NCBI GenBank assembly: GCA_964558645.1
Contig: CAZLEV010000023.1
Coordinates: 2,609 to 26,608, forward strand
Length of the DNA: 24,000 bases
From: an uncultured archaeon
GTDB taxonomy: Archaea; Asgardarchaeota; Thorarchaeia; Thorarchaeales; Thorarchaeaceae
Direction: 5' to 3'
The notes beneath the pieces were generated by a model. It was not told where the DNA came from. It saw only the letters and a list, made by a program, of their open reading frames with translations, and ran no database searches. This document shows, one piece after another, positions 1-7,711 of the stretch. The stretch's first letter is position 1. The number at the start of each line of letters is the position of its first letter. The translations under genes were made by a program, and so were the position numbers.

Positions 1-2
1 CC

Positions 3-1178
3 TCTCCTTCAGGCACAGGGGCACCTGCTGTTGATCTTTGGTCGGTTACAAACGGCAGAATCAATAGTTGTATCGTTGATGCAAGTCGATCCGGGACTGG
101 TTTCTTTCTCTCCGGTTCGTCCAATATGATCCTGACCAACAACACAGTCATGGGCAATGCCAAGGGATTCTCTATCATCGGGTCATCCGACAACAATACA
201 CTCGTTGGCAACTCTGTTGTCTCCAACTCTGGAACGGGTTTCATTGTCCGCGACTCAAATAACACAGCACTGGTTGACAATACTGCTGTCGGTAACGCCT
301 TGAGTGGTTTCTCAATAACGGCTTGTTTCAATAGTACATTGAAGAGCAATACCGCTACAGACAACTTTCTTCACGGGTTCATTCTAAGGGAGTCGTCTCA
401 AAACATGATGAACGATAACACTGCCTCGTGCAGTGGCTTTGGGAGTGGAATTGTCATCTACCGTTCATCTAATCAGAACACTGTCACAAACAACTCTATC
501 ACGAGCAACTCTGAGAATGGAATCTTCATCTACTCGTCATCTTCTCATAACACCGTGGTCGGTAACATCATATCGGCCAATTCCAAGGAAGGAATCCTGC
601 TATACCCCTCCTGTAGCATGAACCGACTGTTCCTCAATGTAATATACGACAATACGTTCCCCCATGCTCGTGATGAAGGAGCAGATAACATGTGGGACGA
701 CGGAGTCTCAACGGGTAACTACTGGGCAGACTATTCAGGAACTGGTTCTTACTCGATTTCCGGCAGTGCTGCGAGTGTGGATCGTTATCCACGACAATTT
801 GTACATCCGACCCTGGATAGCCCAGAGGATCTCACGTACGAAGAGGGAACGATAGGACATGAAATTACTTGGAATGCCACCGCGAGCTTTCCTCTGTACT
901 ATATGGTGTACAGAAATGGCACGCTCATTGAGTCAAACGAATGGAACGGTTCTCAGATTGTTGTAAGCGTGGATGGCCTGCCTGTGGGGATCTACGAGTA
1001 TGCACTCACGGTGGAAGATGCACTTGGTGGCACGGTCAGCGACACAGTGTTCGTCACCGTGTTCACAGAGTCCAACGGTGCATTTCCCGAAGAAATGGGC
1101 ATTCTGATGATTGCCGGAGTAGTAGGTTTCGTCGTGGCGTTGGCCCTACTGTCATATGTACTGCACTCTCGTAAGTGA
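3..1178 (+). CDS. Surface protein with right-handed parallel beta-helix (PbH1/NosD-like) repeats, an Ig-like C-terminal domain and a C-terminal TM anchor. The 5' end is cut by the window edge.
   Basis: The frame of ORF 126..1178 stays open back to base 3 (SPSGTGAPAVDLWSVTNGRINSCIVDASRSGTGFFLSGSSN-MILTNN...). At least 8 tandem ~23-aa units follow the pattern N-x-[VL]-x-[GD]-N-x4-N-x3-G-[FI]-x-[IL] (e.g. NNTLVGNSVVSNSGTGFIVRDSN, NTALVDNTAVGNALSGFSITACF). A 'GNYWADYSG...VDRYP' cap resembles NosD-like domains. A beta-rich segment follows (EITWNATASFPLYYMVYRNGTL...YEYALTVEDALGGTVSDTVFVTV). The C-terminus GILMIAGVVGFVVALALLSYVLHSRK is a hydrophobic helix with a basic tail. Confidence 0.75.
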   Translation, partial: SPSGTGAPAVDLWSVTNGRINSCIVDASRSGTGFFLSGSSNMILTNNTVMGNAKGFSIIGSSDNNTLVGNSVVSNSGTGFIVRDSNNTALVDNTAVGNALSGFSITACFNSTLKSNTATDNFLHGFILRESSQNMMNDNTASCSGFGSGIVIYRSSNQNTVTNNSITSNSENGIFIYSSSSHNTVVGNIISANSKEGILLYPSCSMNRLFLNVIYDNTFPHARDEGADNMWDDGVSTGNYWADYSGTGSYSISGSAASVDRYPRQFVHPTLDSPEDLTYEEGTIGHEITWNATASFPLYYMVYRNGTLIESNEWNGSQIVVSVDGLPVGIYEYALTVEDALGGTVSDTVFVTVFTESNGAFPEEMGILMIAGVVGFVVALALLSYVLHSRK

Positions 1179-1262
1179 TTCAGAGAGAAGGCTGTTTGCA
1201 CGTGTTCTCACCATATCATCTATGCTGTTCAGCAGGAGTTGACGACGGGAAAAGGGCTAGGC

Positions 1263-1790
1263 CTATTCGATGAGATTCTTCGTCTCCAGCAGGAGGTGAC
1301 AAAGTTCCCTGATTGCACCGTGGCCTCCATTGCACTCGCACACGTAGATGGAGGTTCTCTTCACAACATCCGATGCGTCTGCGGGACATGCCCCGAGGTC
1401 CACCATCTTGATGCATTCAAGATCATCTAGATTGTCACCTACGAACGGGGTTTTAGAGAGGATTAGGTAGTCGACTCGATGGATACGCTTGTACTCCGAA
1501 TAACAGCAATCGGTCAGTTAGTGTTTCAAGGATTTCTATCGTTGCGGTCCAGAACCGATTCTTCTATGATTTGGTCGATGAATCATTGTATGCTAGTCCC
1601 TTCAGCGTTGATGCTGTTTCTCTGGGAACCCTGCATCTAGCACCGCATTGAAGAAAAGGCTATACGTCGCTTTCTTAGACTGGGCACATATCTCTCACTA
1701 TCATGCCTTCTCCCACTTCATATGTGGAGAATGAACCGTTCCGGTTGTTCCATACACGATACACATGCTCTCTCCTGCGGGCACATACCT
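1263..1790 (-). pseudogene. Decayed KdsC-like HAD-superfamily sugar-phosphate phosphatase (8-phosphatase type), broken by in-frame stops and at least one frameshift.
   Basis: My minus-strand translation of 1517..1263 gives TDCCYSEYKRIHRVDYLILSKTPFVGDNLDDLECIKMVDLGACPADASDVVKRTSIYVCECNGGHGAIRELCHLLLETKNLIE*. From VGD onward this aligns with the E. coli KdsC C-terminus (VGDDLIDWPVMEKVGL..VADA....R.DYVT...GGRGAVREVCDLLL). There is no start codon, and TAA lies at 1518-1520 just upstream. In a different frame, 1767..1675 reads HVYRVWNNRNGSFSTYEVGEGMIVRDMCPV*, matching the KdsC 'DVDGVLSDG...NGEELKAFNVRDG' region but with the DxD nucleophile motif replaced by HVY. The total span of about 510 nt equals a KdsC-sized gene. 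Confidence 0.55.
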
Positions 1791-2011
1791 TAGACTACAG
1801 CGGATAGCATTCCATCCAGCATGAAGAGAGAACTCAGGCCTCCCGACTCCAGTAACCCGGCAGCAGTCAGGATGAATGCATCGGAATTATCAGATGAAGA
1901 GGGCAACAGGAAGTCAGAGATACAAAACTCGGAGTAGGATGCCTCGGCCAGCACAGGATACCCCGCCAGAGTGGTCTTGATGTGTCTGGTGCCGCGGTAT
2001 GCTTGAAGGCT
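1790..2011 (-). pseudogene. Start-less open frame of 73 codons. Possibly a remnant of a sugar-phosphate isomerase (SIS-like) gene, or non-coding.
   Basis: Minus-strand translation gives SLQAYRGTRHIKTTLAGYPVLAEASYSEFCISDFLLPSSSDNSDAFILTAAGLLESGGLSSLFMLDGMLSAVV*. There is no ATG/GTG/TTG near the 5' end. Resemblance to the SIS-domain core ('GTS.H...LAGIPV.VE.ASEF') is weak, and the spacing is shorter than in GlmS or KpsF. An upstream piece, DDGVLISV, sits in another frame, suggesting a frameshift. Confidence 0.25.
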
Positions 2012-2182
2012 CTAACCGAGATAAGGACACCGTCATCCGATTAGCCTTTTCTCGGGCTTGGAGTTGTCATTAGTTCCGCGAGAATACCATTTCTTTAAAT
2101 ACCGTTCTTACAGAAGTGCCAGAACAGGAAAGGTCCCCATAAAGAATAGTTTCTCTGTATTCCGTCAGAATCAGAGGTGGAA

Positions 2183-3103
2183 ATGATGAAGCCATTGCGA
2201 GTCCTATATCTCTGGAATACTGCGGGTGCTTTGACGCCTGTGGCCGATTGGTTACTCGATCATGGACATCAAGCTAGGATACTCATGAGTACAGAATATG
2301 ACCTCTTCGGAAGCACATCGTGTTCTGATGCGGCGCTCATGGTGGATTCGGTCATCTCATACTATCTGGAGGTCCTCCGACACCTTCTCGTCTTCCAGCC
2401 AACGCATGTTCATATCAATGCAAACATTCCCTCGCTGATATTGGCTCGACTGCTGAAACCGACCACTCCCATTGTTTTCCAGTACCATGGAATTGAGGTT
2501 CGCTATCGCGATAGGGTCCATCCCGAGATGGCATTGGCAGATAGAGTGATTGTATCCACGCCGGATCTGAGGGATTATGGTAGATGGTACGATCGTCCAG
2601 TTTCTAAGATGTTCTACTATCGTGGAGGTAGAGAGCCAAATACAGCGGTTATGTTCTATGCTGACTACTTCATGGAGGATCTCCGCAGAGAGGCTAAGCA
2701 ATGGTGTGAAGAGCGAAACATTGACCTCAGAATCATCCAGCGGGGCTTAGATCCTATCATCCCTTATGCAGAGATGCCTCAATTCCTATCGAAGTTTGAG
2801 TATTTCATGGACTTCAAAGGATATGGAGACCCCGAGGCGATCAGTCGACTGGCGCTTGAGGCCATTGCCTGTGGGTGCAAGATTGTCAGTGACACCGATC
2901 CGACACATGTAATCGATGACTACGATTTGCCCAAGCCTGAGGTTTACTACGAACTCTACACTGATATGAAACGCCCTCCATTATCTATTAATCGTCAGGT
3001 CATCGCTCTCCGTGGACTCATGAAGTGGGGTCTTGGCTCGCTCGCTCCGATCCCCCGACCTCCGCCCCAGCGTCAGTCATCGAATTTCCAGGAGAGGATT
3101 TGA
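2183..3103 (+). CDS. Divergent GT-B-fold (GT4-like) glycosyltransferase.
   Basis: The ORF is 2177..3103. GAGGTG at 2174-2179 looks like an RBS, so ATG 2183 or 2186 is the likely start rather than GTG 2177. The N-terminus 'LRVLYLWNTAG' is typical of a GT-B first strand. The C-terminal 'ISRLALEAIACGCKIVS' resembles the GT4 'fGl..lEAmAcG.PVV' nucleotide-sugar binding helix. The rest is not recognisable to me. Confidence 0.55.
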   Translation: MMKPLRVLYLWNTAGALTPVADWLLDHGHQARILMSTEYDLFGSTSCSDAALMVDSVISYYLEVLRHLLVFQPTHVHINANIPSLILARLLKPTTPIVFQYHGIEVRYRDRVHPEMALADRVIVSTPDLRDYGRWYDRPVSKMFYYRGGREPNTAVMFYADYFMEDLRREAKQWCEERNIDLRIIQRGLDPIIPYAEMPQFLSKFEYFMDFKGYGDPEAISRLALEAIACGCKIVSDTDPTHVIDDYDLPKPEVYYELYTDMKRPPLSINRQVIALRGLMKWGLGSLAPIPRPPPQRQSSNFQERI

Positions 3104-3151
3104 CATTCAGTTGAGAACCGATACGGCATCCGGCTATGCGGAGGTTTCCCG

Positions 3152-4291
3152 TTGAAACTCCTTGTTCTGGGACCATATGGTGAGACCACCAGTGGGCCCT
3201 CACGTGTTCTAACTGAGGTAGTTGAGCGTCTGCCCTCGGGATTCGAAGTTCTCGTTCTCTCGCCGCGAAGGCGATCTGAATACTGGCGATCGGATGAAGA
3301 TAGAGGGAACGTGAGAATCAGATTTCAGCCCTGTGGCCAAATCCCTGGATTGCCTATGTCACATCAGTGGCTAGAGATTCTTAGAACCAACCTAAAGCTT
3401 GCTGCTCTTGCATTCAACCCTGATTTGGTATGGACTCACAGCACGACACTCTTCACGGCCTATGCTCATAGCAGAATCCGGACCACTCCTGCTGTTGCCA
3501 CAGTGCACGGCGTATTCGGGGACTACTACCGAGCCGAAGCAGAACAGAGGTCAAGTGGGCTCTTGACCAATCTATTCGTCATGCAGAACTACCATTTGCA
3601 GAGATATGAGTTCAAGAATGCCGCCCATCTGACAACATACTCCGAATACTTGAAGAGCCTGATTCAAGAGGTGACCCCATCTGCAGAAGTCACTGTCATT
3701 CCTAATGGTGTCAATGTGGAGCGCTTTAGACCATCGGTAGATGACCGTGAGAGAGTCATCCTGTATGTGGGCCGAATGGCGAGAATCAAAGGAGTACATG
3801 TTCTCATCAGGAGCATGAAATGGGTGACTGAGAAGCATCCTGAGTGGCGATTATGGCTGGTTGGGGGCGCATTCGACCAACCTCGGTCCTTCTTTGAAGA
3901 CCACATGACCCCAACAACACGGAAACAGATTGAATTCCTCGGCCAGATTCCAAACGAGGAGCTTCCCGCCCTTCTCAGTCGCGCAGGCATTTTTGTTATG
4001 CCAACTCTGCGGGATGGCTTTGAGATAGCACTGATGGAGGCGATGGCCAGCGGGATTCCATGCGTCACGACTGGTGCTTACGAGCGCACGGAGCTCTATG
4101 GTGGCTACGCTGAAGCTGTTCCTCCTGGAGATGCACAATCTCTGGGTAGATGTCTGAATGAGGTAATCGGCCACTATGACGAATACACAGCAGACTCCGC
4201 CGTGGCAAGGAGAGTGTCCAGAGCGAGGGAGTTCTCTTGGTCCAAGATCGCAGATAGATATGCAGAGCTATTCAGGAGAGTGATTGAATGA
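3152..4291 (+). CDS. Glycosyltransferase family 4 (GT-B, retaining type).
   Basis: TTG start is preceded by GGAGGT at 3141-3146. The sequence 'VILYVGRMARIKGVHVLI...WRLWLVGGA...IEFLGQIPNEELPALLSRAGIFVMPTLRDGFEIALMEAMASGIPCVTT' is the canonical GT4 C-terminal domain, including the E-x7-E motif. Confidence 0.85.
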   Translation: MKLLVLGPYGETTSGPSRVLTEVVERLPSGFEVLVLSPRRRSEYWRSDEDRGNVRIRFQPCGQIPGLPMSHQWLEILRTNLKLAALAFNPDLVWTHSTTLFTAYAHSRIRTTPAVATVHGVFGDYYRAEAEQRSSGLLTNLFVMQNYHLQRYEFKNAAHLTTYSEYLKSLIQEVTPSAEVTVIPNGVNVERFRPSVDDRERVILYVGRMARIKGVHVLIRSMKWVTEKHPEWRLWLVGGAFDQPRSFFEDHMTPTTRKQIEFLGQIPNEELPALLSRAGIFVMPTLRDGFEIALMEAMASGIPCVTTGAYERTELYGGYAEAVPPGDAQSLGRCLNEVIGHYDEYTADSAVARRVSRAREFSWSKIADRYAELFRRVIE

Positions 4292-5073
4292 CCAATGTGG
4301 CGATTATCATTCCCGTCTTTTACCGTGAACACCTCAAAAAGGCGATCCGCTCGGTCTTGTTAAACGATTGTGATGTTATACTCGTCAACGACTCCGATGT
4401 GCCGTTGACATATGAGCACCCTCGAGTGACCGTCATCGACAATGGAATGAATCTAGGTGTCGGTATTTCCCGCAATCGAGGAGTTAGAGCAGCCCTTGAT
4501 GTCGGATATGATCTTATTGGATTTGTCGATTCTGATAGTGTTCTGTCGCCGACTTGGCGAAGGGAATGCGAAAAGACTCTCCAAGACCCATCTATCATCG
4601 GCGTATCAGGACTCGCACTGAATCCCAATCAACCGTCCACAATCGCCAGAGTGAAGTATGTTCTGAAGGACTATAGCCGACGCAAGTCCATTCCGTTTCA
4701 GATAGACTGCTCACTCTTCAAGCGAGAGGCCTTCGCTCATGCTAGTTTCGGAAAAAGGCGAATTGCTGAAGACGCATTCTTCCTGCGTCAAATAGACAGG
4801 AGTAGGCTGGCGGTCAATGAGGATACAATCTCGTATCATCACGAAGTGGACTCTGTGAGCGATTACTTCAGAAAGGAAATCGTGGGGGCACTGTATTCTC
4901 TCTCAGAGCCATTGAGTGTGGCACGCAGCTTCTTCCTGACTCCTTATACCTGCATGAAGATGGTTCTGCGGAAAGACCGACATCCTGACTATCCGATTGC
5001 GGCCCTTATCTGGCTGATTCGTCAGGTGGCTTGGAATCTTGCATATGTTCTGGGTAGGATGGCTGATATCTGA
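4288..5073 (+). CDS. Glycosyltransferase family 2.
   Basis: The start overlaps the upstream stop in ATGA (4288-4291), suggesting translational coupling. 'VAIIIPVFYREHLKKAIRSVL...VILVNDSD' and 'IGFVDSDSVL' (a DxD-type motif) are GT2 (GT-A fold) signatures. Confidence 0.8.
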   Translation: MTNVAIIIPVFYREHLKKAIRSVLLNDCDVILVNDSDVPLTYEHPRVTVIDNGMNLGVGISRNRGVRAALDVGYDLIGFVDSDSVLSPTWRRECEKTLQDPSIIGVSGLALNPNQPSTIARVKYVLKDYSRRKSIPFQIDCSLFKREAFAHASFGKRRIAEDAFFLRQIDRSRLAVNEDTISYHHEVDSVSDYFRKEIVGALYSLSEPLSVARSFFLTPYTCMKMVLRKDRHPDYPIAALIWLIRQVAWNLAYVLGRMADI

Positions 5074-5088
5074 CTCACATGCTTGAAT

Positions 5089-6309
5089 TCATCTGAAACC
5101 TAGCAGTTGAAGCAGATACTCATAGACCCGTTCGGATGCACCAGGCTTCTGGTACTCATTAATCAGCCGATTCACCTGTCTTCGTTGCTCAGCGTATTCA
5201 TCGGATTCCCACAATGCCTTCTCTATGGCTCTTTGAAATACGGTGAATGTGTACACCTTCTCCCCGGGACACCAGAAATCATAGTCTGGATAGCATAGAC
5301 TCTCTCTCTCAAGGAAGTCGTCCAAGTCATATGGAACGAAGATCATGGGTCGATCCAGTAGCATGAAGTCGCTTTGGATGGAGGAATAGTCATTGATGAG
5401 CAGGTCCACTTCAGGAAGAACTTCGGCTATGTCCGGTTGTAACGCGTAGGGGAGGTTCCGAATATGGTGTGTTTCCTTGACCTCTCCCCCGTCTCCTTCG
5501 TGGGAACGGATGAGCATGAGAATCCTCTTCCCCGCACACCATTCTTCTAGTGCATCTGTCGTGAAATCCTCAAAGGGAAAGAACCTGACAGTGCCTTCAG
5601 TTCTCCAAGTCGTTGCATATAATAGAACCTTGTCATATTCAGGCAGACTAGCATACAATGTGGGTATTTTCTCTTTCCACCTCGACTCATCCAAGAGATA
5701 ATCACACCTAGGATATCCTAAAGATAGGATTTGAGTTGGGTGAAGGGCGTGTGCATACGCTCTCATGTATGAGTCCAGACGTGAACATGTGAGAAAGGCA
5801 GTAGTGTACTGCATCCAATGCTCTGAGTCTTGGAGCATCTCTCTTGTGAACTTCTTCGAGGCATACCCATCTGCTTTGGGCCCGTGCCCATGCCAGAGAT
5901 GTATCACATACTTCCTCTTGGATGGCCGCAGGTTTCCCATGTCCCCCAAGCTGTTTGTCATGAGAATAGTCTTTGCTCTAAGAAAGAGGTGAACTGTACC
6001 CAATGATGGTCGTCGTATACACCTCTCGTACGGACTATCGGTATGATGATTCAAGAAGAAGTAGCACCGAAACGGATGACCTTCTCGATGCGCGATATAT
6101 TCGAATAGTGCCTTCGAGTTTCCGGACGGATACGACCCACCTCGCGAGCCGAAGATTAGAATCGTCGAGTCCTTTGGCCATATATAGTCTAGAAATTGGA
6201 TAATCCGTCGGAACCCTTTGGTGAGTATCTCTCTGAAGCGCATTCTCATTCTCTCCGTTTCTGAGGTGTCCTTTGGTTGGTCAGGCTGACTCGCATCTTG
6301 TTCCAGCAT
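5089..6309 (-). CDS. CDP-glycerol/CDP-polyol phosphotransferase, TagB/TagF family (Glyphos_transf).
   Basis: 'KVLLYATTWR', 'LMLIRSHEG' and 'VDLLINDYSSIQSDFMLLDRPMIFVPYDLDDF...YPDYDFWCPGEKVYTFTVFQRAIEKAL' match the conserved C-terminal core of teichoic-acid glycerophosphotransferases ('lyaPTwR', 'LITDYSSv.fDf..l.kPiif...D...Y', 'pG'). Confidence 0.8.
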   Translation of the reverse strand: MLEQDASQPDQPKDTSETERMRMRFREILTKGFRRIIQFLDYIWPKDSTILIFGSRGGSYPSGNSKALFEYIAHREGHPFRCYFFLNHHTDSPYERCIRRPSLGTVHLFLRAKTILMTNSLGDMGNLRPSKRKYVIHLWHGHGPKADGYASKKFTREMLQDSEHWMQYTTAFLTCSRLDSYMRAYAHALHPTQILSLGYPRCDYLLDESRWKEKIPTLYASLPEYDKVLLYATTWRTEGTVRFFPFEDFTTDALEEWCAGKRILMLIRSHEGDGGEVKETHHIRNLPYALQPDIAEVLPEVDLLINDYSSIQSDFMLLDRPMIFVPYDLDDFLERESLCYPDYDFWCPGEKVYTFTVFQRAIEKALWESDEYAEQRRQVNRLINEYQKPGASERVYEYLLQLLGFR

Positions 6310-6325
6310 TATAAGGTTTCCAAAG

Positions 6326-7081
6326 TCAGGCCCAATAGCCCTCTTCGAGGAGCTCAGCGGCCCAATGCAGATCTGTGGGGGTATCGATGTCCTTCCATAT
6401 AGCCCCCTCGACTGGCTTTACATAGAATCCCCGCTCCCTACTCGACTGCTTGTGGACGTATTCGCTGAGTGATCTCTTGTCTTTTGGGAGGTCAGCTATG
6501 ATTTCAAAAGCATCTTGAGTCAGTTTGAAGATGCCCATGTCAATCATGTTCCACTGCGAGATATTCTTTCCGATTTTGACTAGCCTATGATTCTTCTCAG
6601 AGAGGATCTTGGTTGCATCGGCCAGATCCAGATAGTCCGGAATGCCTTCATTTCGATATTGTGCGCAGACATAGGGCGTGTTGACTGTGTCAGTAACGAC
6701 ACATTTTCGGTAGGTTGCAGGAGAGAAGAGGTGGTCTGACATCTGGAGGATAAACTCCTCATTAGACAGGAGGCCATCGCACGCTAGCAATGTGGCCGCA
6801 TTTCCATCTTGCCAATCCTCTGATTTGACCACTACCACATTATCATAGAGATGGCCTTGGCTCTCAACATAGTCAACCATAGTTTCATAGTGGATGCCTA
6901 CGGATATGAAGAGCCTGAAGTCCCCTCTTAGACAGACATCAATCGTCGAAACAATGTGATCGAGAATGGTCTTGTTCTCCAGCTCCAATAGGGTCTTGGG
7001 AATTTCTTGGTGTATTTCTTCAAGTCTTATTCCCAGACCCCCTGCGACAATAACAATCTCTTCCATCAGCATCGACACCAT
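6326..7081 (-). CDS. Sugar/alcohol-phosphate nucleotidyltransferase of the IPCT/LicC type, probably a CTP:polyol-phosphate cytidylyltransferase.
   Basis: 'IVIVAGGLGIRL....PKTLLEL' is the NTP_transferase G-loop. 'FILQMSDHLFS', 'ATKILSEKNHRLVKIGKNISQWNMIDMGIFKLTQDAFE' and 'IWKDIDTPTDLHWA' parallel the archaeal inositol-1-phosphate cytidylyltransferase domain as I recall it ('FILTMGDHVYS', 'EATKI...V..IGK.L...D..DTGFFVL', 'LWMDVDTKEDV'). The true start could be an internal Met (MLMEE.. or MEE..). Confidence 0.75.
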   Translation of the reverse strand: MVSMLMEEIVIVAGGLGIRLEEIHQEIPKTLLELENKTILDHIVSTIDVCLRGDFRLFISVGIHYETMVDYVESQGHLYDNVVVVKSEDWQDGNAATLLACDGLLSNEEFILQMSDHLFSPATYRKCVVTDTVNTPYVCAQYRNEGIPDYLDLADATKILSEKNHRLVKIGKNISQWNMIDMGIFKLTQDAFEIIADLPKDKRSLSEYVHKQSSRERGFYVKPVEGAIWKDIDTPTDLHWAAELLEEGYWA

Positions 7082-7162
7082 TATTTCTCGTGATGTGCCC
7101 AGTAAGATGCACAGCTTGACTTCAGGATATTAGCTTTCCTTTCTCTGAGAACGAATTCATGG

Positions 7163-7708
7163 TTATTGAAGCCCGTCGCTTCGGTCTGATCGTGTGGTTT
7201 CATCAGACTCACTGTATATGTCAGAAAAGGGATGTTTCGCTACATACTCCTCACGCAGTTCAATCGCCCTGTCGATGTCTTCTCTGATTTCTGGCCGGAA
7301 GCCCTCGAGTTTGTTATAGTACTCTCTAGTCTCTGCAATGGCGGTCTTGTCTAGGTTGAACTCGTCTGCCAACTGCTCACTCACATCGAGCATGGTTGCA
7401 TAGATGGGCAACCAGAGTATTCTATCAATTGGACGTGGAACATATTGGAACGGGTTACGTTCCTGTGTCACTTCATGAGACGGTGCCCACATGACGAATA
7501 CTCTGTCATAGATATAGCCCCCTACTAGAAAGAAGACAAAGAGAGTCACTGAGAACGCAATCGGCCCCCAAGCACCGAGCCCGGCGAATATTGGGATATA
7601 TCCAAAGTACGCATATGCCAACATGAATGTGCTGAAGAATAAACCCCAGATCCCTCTGATTTGTACAAGTCTCCATTGTTGTTTCATCAACCATTTTCTT
7701 AGTCCCAT
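7163..7708 (-). CDS. Uncharacterised membrane protein: a single copy of the 2-TM 'ERNP[YF]xYVP' module.
   Basis: Two hydrophobic helices (IWGLFFSTFMLAYAYFGYIPIF and PIAFSVTLFVFFLVGGYIY) are followed by 'YDRVFVMWAPSHEVTQERNPFQYVP' and an acidic helical tail. ATG at 7708-7706 lies 3 nt after the upstream stop (TGA GAG ATG). It is a clear paralogue of both halves of the adjacent gene. Confidence 0.7.
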   Translation of the reverse strand: MGLRKWLMKQQWRLVQIRGIWGLFFSTFMLAYAYFGYIPIFAGLGAWGPIAFSVTLFVFFLVGGYIYDRVFVMWAPSHEVTQERNPFQYVPRPIDRILWLPIYATMLDVSEQLADEFNLDKTAIAETREYYNKLEGFRPEIREDIDRAIELREEYVAKHPFSDIYSESDETTRSDRSDGLQ

Positions 7709-7711
7709 CTC

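Noticed and set aside
1216-1430. Two overlapping short ORFs (1239..1430 plus and 1216..1416 minus) as possible small genes.
   Set aside because: The third frame, on the minus strand, carries a clear KdsC-like HAD C-terminus. The listed ORFs are better explained as chance frames over a pseudogene.
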